Assembly (NCBI RefSeq): GCF_048593235.1
Contig: NC_133620.1
Span: 52,888,852-52,952,851 of the forward strand
Length of the DNA stretch: 64,000 nt
From: Sminthopsis crassicaudata
Lineage: Eukaryota
Direction: 5' to 3'
The position numbers and the translations under genes are program-made. The notes under the pieces were generated by a model. That model did no database searches. It had not been told where the DNA came from and saw only the letters and a list, made by a program, of their open reading frames with translations. This document shows, one piece after another, positions 12,396 to 24,039 of the stretch. Each line of letters opens with the position of its first letter. The stretch's first letter is position 1.

Positions 12396-12889
12396 AGGTG
12401 CCAGTTTTAAGATACAAGCTAAGTTAATTCCAGATAGTATGAGCCCTGGAACTTGCACTGAAACAAGGAAGAAATATTGTGTGGAAATGGAAAAACCAGG
12501 AGGAATGGTGGCAAGTGTGCTGTGCCAGCCAACAAGCCGCCCAGCTAAACCACATCATTCATGTTCAAGTCTGGGATGTGATTTTCTGCCTGGCTCCTCT
12601 TCACATGGCCCTCCTCCCTATATCCAGCCCCATTCAGAGGATTAGAGAACAGGGACAGACATGAAGAAAAAGAGAACCACAAAAAATCTCTGAGAAATAA
12701 GATGCTTGCTTTTGGAATCAGCAACATTTTATGCAGACAAACACACACATACACATATGAGATTGCACACACATTTGGAAATCATTCCTCAGGCCAGAAA
12801 TTGCTGACCATTTTGGATTCAAGACAACTCATTGTTGTTGATTATCTTTTACAATACTCCTCTTCTAGAAGTTTTCCAACACACAAGGA

Positions 12890-13385
12890 AAGGGGTCTGC
12901 TGATAAAAGTTTAACAACCAGCTCTTTGAAAAAAATGTAAACACAACACTTTTTTTTACATTTTTACAGTTTATTCTCTATATAGTTTAATGGCAGCTAG
13001 GTGACAAAGTGGATAGAGCATTGGATCCAGAGTCAGGAAGACTCATCTTCCTGAGTTTAAATCTGACCTCAGACACTAGCTGTGTCACTCTGGGCAAGTC
13101 GTTTAACTCTGTTTAGCTCACTTCCTCAACTGGAAAATGAACTGCAAAATGAAATGGCAAATCATTCCAGTATCTCTACCGAGAAAACCTCAAATTGGAA
13201 ACCAGACAAAAATAAAAGAACTAAAGAACAAATTATTTTAATATAACATTTTTAAGTCTATACAATTAACAAAACAATAAAACAATCCCTGATATGTAGC
13301 ATTTGTTGATAATTGAAGTACAAATGCTCACATTGGACATTTAGCAATCTGCTCTCATGAGTTAGATGAGCTGATAACAGAGAGG
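12890..13385. mobile_element. Non-autonomous hAT-like MITE split by a MAR1 SINE
   Basis: Left end aggggtctgctgataaaagtttaacaaccagctc; resumes after 13232 with ttaagtctatacaattaacaaaacaataaaacaatccctga...aatgctcacattggacatttagcaatctgctctcatgag; matches a recalled marsupial hAT MITE with CAGGGGTGTGCTGG-type TIRs. Confidence 0.6.
12991..13232 (+). mobile_element. MAR1-like SINE, near full length
   Basis: ggcagctaggtgacaaagtggatagagca head, core ctgggcaagtc, tail gaaatggcaaatcattccagtatctctaccgagaaaacc. Confidence 0.8.
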
Positions 13386-15414
13386 TATCAGAAACTAGAC
13401 TTGGAACTCACTAACACAAACCACTATAAAACAGATTTCCTGGATCCATCTAGGGCCTTTAGAGTTCCTAATGCTCTGGTCAGGACAAGCTTCAAGAATC
13501 TTCTGGATGAATACTTTTGAGCTTTATGAGAATAAGCAAAGGCCTGAAGAAAAAGGGATGCTAGTAACCCCTAGACCATCCCCCTTCATTTTACAGATGA
13601 AAGAAATTATGCTGAGAAATGGAGCATGATCTACTAGAGGTCAATTAGTTATCAAGTCTCAAATATTTGGATTTAAAATACAGAGCTCCCTCTCATGCTG
13701 CCTGGGTAGCAAAAGGAGGCGACAAAGAGAAAAGCTGAGCCCAATCCTTCGCCAAGAACTTATTAGCTATATGACTGAAGAACCTCCTTCCTCAGTTTCC
13801 TCAACTATGGAATAGGGGATGATAATAAGATCTACCTCAATGGGTTGTTATAAGTATTAAATGAGGTAATATTTTTAAAGCACTACACTGTGCCTGCCAC
13901 ATTGTAGACATTTAATAAATGCTTNNNNNNNNNNNNNNNNNNNNNNNNNNNNNNNNNNNNNNNNNNNNNNNNNNNNNNNNNNNNNNNNNNNNNNNNNNNN
14001 NNNNNNNNNNNNNNNNNNNNNNNNNNNNNNNNNNNNNNNNNNNNNNNNNNNNNNNNNNNNNNNNNNNNNNNNNNNNNNNNNNNNNNNNNNNNNNNNNNNN
14101 NNNNNNNNNNNNNNNNNNNNNNNNNNNNNNNNNNNNNNNNNNNNNNNNNNNNNNNNNNNNNNNNNNNNNNNNNNNNNNNNNNNNNNNNNNNNNNNNNNNN
14201 NNNNNNNNNNNNNNNNNNNNNNNNNNNNNNNNNNNNNNNNNNNNNNNNNNNNNNNNNNNNNNNNNNNAACTTAAGTCAAAGCATAGCCTTTCTCTAAGTC
14301 CTTACAATTCTGAGGTCAGAAGTTTCTTCTGGCTGGTTTTATTCAGGCAGTAAAGATATCACCTTTCCTTTAATTTTGGTATCAAGATAACCACTAGGGA
14401 AAGTATTAGAAGGAAGAACTTGATAGAAGAGTAGGAAGAAATTAAATTGGGTCTGCCTTTTGGCTCTCTTTTTGTCAGTTCCCCCACCCCATCCCCCTCT
14501 TCATTTCTTAATATGGAGAGCTTACCTGAGCTCACAAAGACAGTTTATGGAGTACTAGGTTAATGAGCAAATGTGGTTTTGTATTGTATTAGGAGCACCC
14601 CACCAAGACAAAACAGCTGCCAACCTGCATCATAGGATTTAGAGCTAGCAGGGGTAGGTGAAATGAAAGACATTTAACACAATTGATGAAAATATGCTGC
14701 CTATGGAACTAATGAATCCTTAGGAGGACTATACTTAGCTTGGGAGAAAGGAAAGAAGAAAAGGCATTTTCTTAATGGCAATCCTTATTCACTGCATTCA
14801 TCTTATAGATGTTCTGTTTACAGGGCAGAATGAGATGAGAAAGCACTGATGGTTCCTCATAACCACAGACAGGACAACTGAAGTAATTTTAAAAGTTCTT
14901 GCCAAATCACCATTTCAAGTGGCTGTGTTGTGTTTTGTTTTGTTTTTCCATATGAAGCCACCTAATAAACCTCATGTTAAGCTTTCAAGGGACAGAGCAT
15001 AGGAGTGACTAGTTATAAGGCCAGATTTNNNNNNNNNNNNNNNNNNNNNNNNNNNNNNNNNNNNNNNNNNNNNNNNNNNNNNNNNNNNNNNNNNNNNNNN
15101 NNNNNNNNNNNNNNNNNNNNNNNNNNNNNNNNNNNNNNNNNNNNNNNNNNNNNNNNNNNNNNNNNNNNNNNNNNNNNNNNNNNNNNNNNNNNNNNNNNNN
15201 NNNNNNNNNNNNNNNNNNNNNNNNNNNNNNNNNNNNNNNNNNNNNNNNNNNNNNNNNNNAGGACTTGACCAACAATTTCCAAACTGAAAAGGTTTGTTTC
15301 CTTCACTGGTAAAAATGAGGATCTGAATATTGATCATTAAATATTCTGAAATCCTGATAAACAGAGGCAACTTTTGGTTATTTCATTATTTTGTGGGGGA
15401 GAAAATGTGACTTC

Positions 15415-15715
15415 TTAAATTTTGGCTTGGACCTTTGATTTCATTAGTATAGATAACTCCCAATGGAAAAATTACTAATATAAAATACTATATATATAGT
15501 ACATATATATATATACATATTTACATATATTATATATACATACACATATATATGGATATATATATGGATATAGTGTGTGTGTGTGTTTATGTAGATTGGC
15601 TCCTCCACTGAAGTCAATAATCCTTGGGGCCATGAGAAGTAAAAATGGAATCACACAATCACTGCAAAGTCAAACCTTTAACCCAGGCCTTTCTGACTCT
15701 GAATCAGAATCTGCT
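15415..15715 (-). mobile_element. WALLSI4-like core SINE interrupted by a TA-rich expansion (15480-15590)
   Basis: ggacctttgatttcattagtatagataactcccaatgga tail motif; ttaacccaggcctttctgactc head motif. Confidence 0.45.
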
Positions 15716-15719
15716 TATC

Positions 15720-15893
15720 CTTTCCACTCTCACATGAACACTTTTCTTTAGTCTTCATCGATTCTAGTTCAGACTATTATAATAGCTGCTCAACTGGTCT
15801 TCTTGCCTCCATGTTCTTCCTACCCCAGTCTATTGTTCATATTACCATTATAGTCATGATTTTCCTTTCTGATCATGTTACTCACAGCTCTAG

Positions 15894-15934
<41 letters not shown>

Positions 15935-15955
15935 CTGCCTTTATTGATGGAGTAG
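15720..15955 (+). mobile_element. L2 fragment containing an A34 run (15898-15931)
   Basis: agactattataatagctgctcaactggtcttcttgcctcc...tctgatcatgttactc matches the L2 3' region. Confidence 0.65.
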
Positions 15956-16011
15956 TATGATGAGAGCAGGGACTAAATTATGTCTGAATCTCCAGTGCTT
16001 GGAATATTATT

Positions 16012-16148
16012 CTTTGAGCCCATTGGGGTTAAGTGACTTGCCCAAGGTCACAAAGCTAGGAAGTGTTAAGTGTTTAAGGTCAGATTTGAATACAGGTCTT
16101 CCTGATGTCAGGGCTGGTGCTCTATACACTGCACCAATTAACTACCCC
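16012..16148 (-). mobile_element. WSINE1-like SINE
   Basis: cattggggttaagtgacttgcccaaggtcacaaagctaggaagtgttaagtg...ggctggtgctctatacactgcaccaattaactacccc. Confidence 0.85.
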
Positions 16149-17059
16149 TTGCTTATTTAATTGGTTCTTGCTAATTTATTAAGAAAGTCAAATGATAAGC
16201 AGTCCAGTTTTGAAGAAATATAAGAAATACCAAGTAGAATACAACTAGGAAAGTAGGTTGAAGCCAGACTTTCTGTAAAGCCTTAAATGCTAGAATGAGT
16301 TTTTACTTTATTGGTTAAAAATAGGAGTTATTGGAAGGTTTTTAAGTAGAAATTTTGAGTAGCAGGGTCACCCTCATCATACCACTCTATCAGTAATGCC
16401 AGTGATCTGTTTTGCTATTGGGTTTCATGTAACTGGAAGAGTTGGAAAGAACTGGACAACAACATAAGCCTAAAATACATGTAATATATAACCAACCCTC
16501 TTAGTGATATCCTTGAATGAAAGGACTGTGTTTAACTCATATCTGCACACCTTGACACTGTGATTCCTTATCCATAGTAGGGAGTTAAGAAATGTTTTTG
16601 AATTTAATGGAATACTTGAAGCAATTTTTTTATTGATCAATTACAAAATCTGTGATGATAAATTAGATTTGAAAGTGACCTTTGGAGGCATCCATCTTCT
16701 AATCCAATTTGCTGATTTTACAAATGACAAAAATGAGGGAAGATTGAAAGGTGATTAAATGTTTTGGCCAGGATAAAAAAAATACTGAGTGATAGGGCCA
16801 GATTTTGAACCCATGATTCTATATCCACTTTCCTTTTTGATGGACCACAGCTGTGTGGATGAACTCATAGAAAAAGCAGTAGGAGTTGGTCTAGAAGTGA
16901 GCTAGGTGACAGAAGGAAATGATCCATGGATTCCCAGCAAACCATAAACTGGAGATTCCACAAGCATGAAATTGAGAGTTGTTGGCGGATTCAAAGTAAA
17001 CACATCCACACATTACCCTTAAGACCCCTGTGAACCTTAAACAGTACCATCATGAGAAA

Positions 17060-17300
17060 ACATGTGCAACAGTGGAAAAAAATACTCCACTTGGAGTCTT
17101 GGGTTCTAGTCCTGGCATGCTGACAATGGCTAAGCTGTGTGATCATGGCCAAGTCACTTAATTTCTATGGGCTTCAATTACTTCACCTGTAAAATGGAGA
17201 TCATGGCACTTGTGCTACATAAATCACACAGCTGTTGTGAGACTCAAATGAGTGAATATAAAGAGCTTTGTAACCATAAACTGCTATAAATGTCAGCTAT
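17060..17300 (+). mobile_element. MIR SINE
   Basis: gtggaaaaaaatactccacttggagtcttgggttctagtcctgg...aagtcacttaatttctatgggcttc...ctgtaaaatgg. Confidence 0.75.
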
Positions 17301-20136
17301 TATGATCAGCAGGAAGCATGGCTATTAGAAGGCCCATTTAGAATCTCACTTACCTTTTTAGCTATGCTTCATGGGGGAACATTTTGCCAGGAAATCCGAT
17401 GATGAGAGAACTGAATGTATATTCTTGGGTCAATGTGTATGGACCAAGGACCAGGAATCTTCTGAGATTTCCAGTGATCCCAAGTAAAATAAATAACTTG
17501 CCAGGAGTTATCTTATACATTCAGAGGCACCAAGCTCAAAAACCAAGACACAGACACAAGTTCACTGACAGATTAGGCCTTAAGACTGCATGAAGCCTCT
17601 TCTGAATAGCCAAGACTCATTATCTCATTCCTGAGCTAAGCCACCACTGGCTTGCCAAAAGATGCCCAGAGATGGATTTCCTGTTTCATCATTTACTCCC
17701 ATTATCTCACCAAGTGCACTTCAGTTCTTTTGAGGCCCTCGGACAAAAGAAGGCTAGATAATGAGTCTAGACTGTATTTGGAGATTGCCTGAAGAGGGTG
17801 TTATCAATCCAAGGGCTGAGGGTAAGAGAGCTTAGAAATGGTCCTGCTGAGATCCGGCTACCCAAAGGTCTATTTGATTGGATCCATGTTTTCATTTTCA
17901 CAAAAGAGAGTGAAAGGTCAGAGTTCAGCGAACTAATAGAATAAATGTGGGAACTGTCCCTGAAACAATGGGAGTTGGGATTTTAGGTCTCACCATCGAC
18001 CTGCCCTGATGACCCCGTAGATAGAAGACAGGATTCCTCCCTACTTCCCTAACCTCCATTCTAGCAAAGGAAATCTAGGCTCGATCTCATACCAGCTAAT
18101 CACATCTTAGGTAGGAGTCCAAGCAGGCTAATGAAAGCTCTGAGCCATGGCCATAAGCAATCACAGCTGCATGTGATTTCAGATGATGAAATAATAATGA
18201 TTACATTAAATGCATCTAAGACACCCCAACTAAAGTGTGAAAGTAAGGCTGTTGTCTTTAGGATCGACCTTAGTATTTTGCTTCTAAGAAAGAACAGAAA
18301 AGAAATAAAAGCCAGTAAATGTCATCACAGTGGGGAAATAGGAAAAAGCGTCAATATCAAATATAGCATATTGTAAGGGAACCCATTAAAGGAGAGGCTG
18401 TGCTATATTTGTGCATGTATACATTTACTTACAGCCTGTGATGAACAAAGCACTGTACTACATGTATGCCAGATAACTATTATACTATTTTTTTTTTTAA
18501 TTTGCAAAAGATGAGGAAGATTTTTCAATGTATTGATTTAGGAGCCTAAAATTACCACCTAAGTGGTTCTGAATAAAGAGTATGAGCAGAATTGAAGAAA
18601 GAAATGAAGGGAGAAAGAAAGGAGGAGAATGAGAAAGGAGAAGCAGGAGAAGGAATAAAAGATGAGGAAGAGGAGGAAATAAAGGAGGAGGAGAAGGAGG
18701 AGAATTATCTTGCATTGCAGAAGGCTGCCCAAATACATTGGCCTGTATTTCCACTTGGAAAGCTCTCTAGTCTCTTCTGCACATACTGAAATCACAAGTG
18801 ATTTGTCTAAGAGCATGCAGACAGTTAGGGGAATGTTTCTGCCTCTTTAACAAGCTCCAGGCCCCTCAATAAGCCTTTTATTCTTTCTGGGCCTCAACTT
18901 TTTTATCTGGAAAATAACCTGGAAAATTCCTTCCATCTCTTAGCATCTATAATTCCATTCATCTGGGACCACCTCCTCCATGAAGTCTTCCTTATTGCTC
19001 TAGGCACTGTAGATCATGATTAATTGCTCCACCCTCTAAATTCCTACAGCACTCATTCTTTGTTATCAACCTTTTAGTAAGAAGAGCCCACATTCCTATG
19101 TCCTTTACATTTTTCAAAATAGTTTTATTTATTACATTTGGATTTCATTATGACTCTGTGTGGAAGACTGGGTGGGTATTATTATTTTTGGTTTACAATT
19201 GAGGAAACTGAGGTTAAATAATTGGCTACTTAAAGGACCCATGGTTAACAAGAGGAAGATCCAAAGCTATAACCTATATCTTTCTTCTGACTCCTAGTCA
19301 TTATCTAGTATATATATTCTTCTGCCTTGTAATCCATATCTTTTGACATGTCCTGTCTTGATACTTCTCTTATTAATGTTGTCTTAATTAATGTTGTCTT
19401 AATAAATACTATTATTTAATTTTTCATATAGATATCTTGCCCATCAGATTAGATTGTAAGATCCTTGAGGGCTAGGGGAAGGTGCTAGTTTTTTTTTAAT
19501 ATTCCTGTATACTATGCAAAATGATATCATAGTATATCATAGATATTTGTGGGATGAAAACATCATCTACCAGTCCCTCCTTGTTAATCAGGACAACATT
19601 TCTCTGCATCAATGGCTTTGTCTTTAGGGTTGCATATAAATAGAAGAGGACTATGATATTGAGTCACTATGATTCTTGGTAGCTTTTCTATATCTCCATA
19701 GCATAGAGGATAGTCAAACATATCCTACAAAATAAAGGCTGGGGAAATTACAATAATACATGAATAGACAGAATTTGAGTGACTAACTCTGGCTATTCTT
19801 TGACCAAATCCAATTCAGTTCAATTTAACAGGTATTTATTCTGCTGAAAAAGTCCAAGCTATTTCAAAGATTAATGAACAAATTCCTGACTAACTTGTGA
19901 AAAAAATCTGTGTGGTAAGGGACCAAAAATCCAGATCTTGCTACTTATATGCCATTAAAATAGGGTCTAAGGAATTTAAAAACTGAAACTTTCAGTGAAG
20001 GGTCTAATTAGGTACATACTCAGCTTATGATAAATATAATAACAGTTAACCAAGTAAGACTTATCTATGTGTTCCTCATTTTAGTCAACAATAATTGAAA
20101 GTATGTATAAGAATCATAAAATAATGGGATCCTGGA

Positions 20137-20572
20137 TCATTATACATGCTAGGAACAAGATTATACGATGATCAATTCTGATAGATGAGGCTCTTTTCAA
20201 CAATGAGATGATTCAAGCCAGTTCTAATGAACTTGTGATGAAGAGAACCACCTATACCCAGAGAGAGAATTGTGGGAACTGAATGTGAATCACAACATAG
20301 TATTTTTACTCTTTTTGTTGTTGTTTGCTTGCATTTTTTTCTCATTTTTTTTCTTTTTTGATTTGATTATTTGTGCAAGATAATTATATAAATGTGTATG
20401 TATATATTGGATTTAACATATATTTCTACTATGTTTAACATATATTGGATTATTTGCCATCTAGGGGAGATGGAGGGGAGGAGGGAAAATTTGGAACACA
20501 ATGTTTTTTAAGGGTTAAGTTGAAAAACTATCTATACATATGTTTTGAAAATAAAAATCTTTAATAATAAAC
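20137..20572 (+). mobile_element. 5'-truncated marsupial L1 3' end with degenerate ~19-bp TSD, inserted in a MIR-like remnant
   Basis: aacaagattatacgatgatcaattctgatagatg...ggagggaaaatttggaacaca...ttgaaaataaaaatctttaataa; flanks aaaataatgggatcctgga (20118-20136) and aaaataatgtaatcctaga (20573-20591). Confidence 0.85.
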
Positions 20573-22966
20573 AAAATAATGTAATCCTAGAACTGGAAGT
20601 AATCTCAAAAGGTTAAGTGGCCTAATCTGAACCCAATCATGAATTTTATTTAAGGAAACTAGTAGCAGGGAAAATATCACAACCAAGGATCACTGTCTCT
20701 AGCTTGTCCAATCTCCCTAGCTATTCCTCAAGATATTGTACAACATTAATTTCAAACATTTTCAAATATATAGAACAGTTTGAATACATAGAACATTTTA
20801 AATATATAGATTCATTGGTTGACAAGACAAGATTGAAGATAAGAGCAGAACTATTGTTTCAGGAAGTCTAGGCATTTGCTTGCCATACTCAGCAACAACC
20901 AATATTGAGAATCATTTGCCACACACCTCAAGATAAGAGACTTCTGGGCATTATCACAGTTGGAAGAGAGCTTCCAAGCTTGCTTATGTTGGCCAGGTAA
21001 CTATGCCTTCCAGAAAGATGGTTTTCCAATTAAGGAAGCAGTGTTTTTCTTCCTGATCCTCGGAGAGCTTTCAAGACTCTTGAATCCCCTGATTGATCAC
21101 TCTTTCCCTCACCAAGTGTCCTGATGCCCACACTTAAATTGGACAAGCCTTCTGCTAGTTAAGCAGAGGGGAATGACATCCCTAGTGCTCTCTCTGCCAG
21201 ATACTTGGAGTCTATCATACTTTACAGACACAAAAACAAATTCCACCATATGTTAAAGTTAATTGCAAACATTTGCTGCTGAAAAGAGTTCCATTTTTCA
21301 AGAGCCCATGGAGATCCGGTTACACGGTGGCTGAAGCATCAGCCAACCTCATCTGCTCATTTAAAGTGGCAGGACCAATGTTCTGGTGGCAGGCATGACA
21401 TAAAAAGGATTCTCCTGCTCCAAAACTTACTCCCAACATATAAGTGTATGCAATGCATGCAATTCCTCCATCAACACTAACCTAGGAACAATATGGGGGA
21501 GTTGGGTAGTGGTAAGAGGAAAGGGGGGATGATGGAAGGTAGAGAGATGAGGATAGAAAGGGAAGTCAGCTGGCTGTGTTCCACTGTCCGGTGAGTGCTG
21601 AAATAAGTCAGCCAGGGGAACCACGATGACCCCATGAGGCCCAGAGAAATCAGGCTACATTGCCAGAGATCTGTACAAGGATCTCTGGGTGATAGTAATT
21701 GATGGTGTGGTTTAGGAAGAGGCCAGTTGAGGGAAGCCTTGGACTCATATACCCACTTAGTTTAGAATCCAATCTTAGGATGTCACAAAACATATAGAAG
21801 TAGGGGAGGAGGAGGAGCAAAAGAAGGAACGGCATTTGGAACTCTGAGGATAATTCTGCCCCAGGCCACAGGGAGAAGGTACCTTTATGAGCACATCTGG
21901 AGGGTAGATTTCTGTGACTATGAGGGAGAAATAATCACTGAGAATTCCTAAGCTGTTATTCCTGCTCATCACCCAAGCAACTCCAGAACAAAGAATTTCA
22001 CAGGATCTTACATGGTGATTTTCCCCAACTGCAGCTTTAGATACCAAAGGACTAACCCTGGATCTGGCAGGCAGCAGTCTGGGATGGAAAACTTGAACAT
22101 GGGACTGCAATGCTGAGGTTTTATGATGGGTTCTAGTCTTGGCTTTGCTCCTAATTTGCTACACAACCTACTTGAGTCAATCTCTTCTGGATCTCATTTT
22201 CCTGTTCTGCAAAGCAAAGTGATTGGACCGCATGACCTCTAAGGCCCCTTCCACTTCAAAATTCTATAAATTTGTGTACTTCATTGAATCTGTTGCTCAG
22301 GCATCTGCCTGACTCAAGGCATCATCGCTATAAACAGCTCAAGTGTGATTCTGGATGACAAGGAGAGACCCTGCAGGGAAAGGCAGATGGAATAGCAACA
22401 AGTATGGCAAACACAATAACCAACCCTCCTGTCGGTGCCTGGGATATCCATTGCTCGAATGCCCCAATGACAGCTTCTGCTTGTGACCGGTGCTCAAGGC
22501 CCTGCCAGAAATGTATTTGCCCTCTCAGCCAAGCTGCATGTGGGAAATCACACTGCCCGGGATGTCACCTCCAAATAAGGAGGAGGAAATCCTTATTGGC
22601 ATGGATGTCAAGGAAGCAGTATAATCCAAATGTCCAGAGCCCTGCCTGGGCTATGCTTCAGAAAATCCTTGATTCCCAAGCTGAGTCTGCATGATGCTTA
22701 AACATCTGGTAAATTCAGGCCCCGAAATCAAATGAAAGGTTGATTCTGTGGGGATGGGGTATGAGGGTTAAAACAGGCAATAAAACTAATGTAATGTAGA
22801 TAAGGAGTGGACCTGGATCAATAGTTCTGAATTTGAGTTTTGGCTTTACTATCCAACCACTGTGTGATCTTGGACAATCCCTCAGCTTCTAGAAGGTCAG
22901 TTCCTCATTTATAAAATGGGCATAATCTTATGGGCTCAACTTGCTTCAAGGGAGTATTCTGAAGGT

Positions 22967-23300
22967 GGTTGTTGTTTGTCCTTTGTTCTCAAAGAGGACT
23001 AACACATCAAGAAGGTGACGCCATGACATACAAGTGAATTGGATTTTAGTGAAGAGGGCTGTCCAAGGTCACCTTTCTCACTTTCCCCTCTAGAACCATC
23101 TGGATCCAGGGACAAGATATAGATCAAAACGACTGGAGATGGTCCTGGATAAAAGGACTTTTTAAAGCTAAGATCTTCAACAAGTCTCAGTTTGACTGAG
23201 GCAGAACCCATTCAGTGATTAAGATCAGGTAGCAATTGAGAGACAATCTCTTCTTTCACCTAGTCCAAAAGAAATCTAAATATATACATCTGGGAGGGGA
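22967..23300 (-). mobile_element. Marsupial RTE-related SINE (WALLSI-type) fragment
   Basis: gttgttgtttgtcctttgttctcaaagaggac...acgactggagatggtcctgga...tctcagtttgactgaggcag matches a recalled common marsupial SINE in reverse. Confidence 0.6.
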
Positions 23301-24039
23301 CAATTATTAAATGCCTACTCTGTATCAAGCACTGTACTAAGGGTTTTGCAAATATTATCTAGTTTTGATTCCTCACCAGAACCATAGGACATGGGTACCC
23401 TTATTATCTCTGTTTACAATTAAGGAATGAGGCAGATAAGATTATGTGTTTTACCCAGGATTATGTGGCTAGTAAATCTCTGAGGTCAAATTTGAATTCG
23501 GGTTCATCTGGATTCCAATCCCCCAACTCTATGCCCTCTGCCATCTAGCTGCCTCTCAAATAAAATATTTATATAAAATGTTTTTAAGTAAAATGCTTTC
23601 TATCAGTGTCTCATCATTATTAATAATATTTGCTAGCATTAATTTTAATTAATAGTATTTTAATGGTGATTGTGTTATTAATGGTAAAATATTAATTGTA
23701 ATTAATAGTAATAGTAATCCAGCAATTCATAGAATTTAGAATTGGAATAGCTCTTAGGGAAAATTTAAATCAACCTTCTCATTTTACAGATGTTAAATGA
23801 CTGGCCAATGTCACATTTTAAAATTTGCAAAGCATTTTACATAATTAGATTCTCACAATGATCCTTTGAGGTAGATGCTTTTGTTATTATTTTATAGATG
23901 GGGAACCTAAAGTTGAAAACACTTAGATGACTTGCTCCCAAATCACATGGCAGGCAAATATCTGAGGTAGGATTCACACTCAGGTCTTTTATGACTCTAA
24001 GTCAAATACTGTTGCCACTAAACCAACTGCCTAGGAGTA

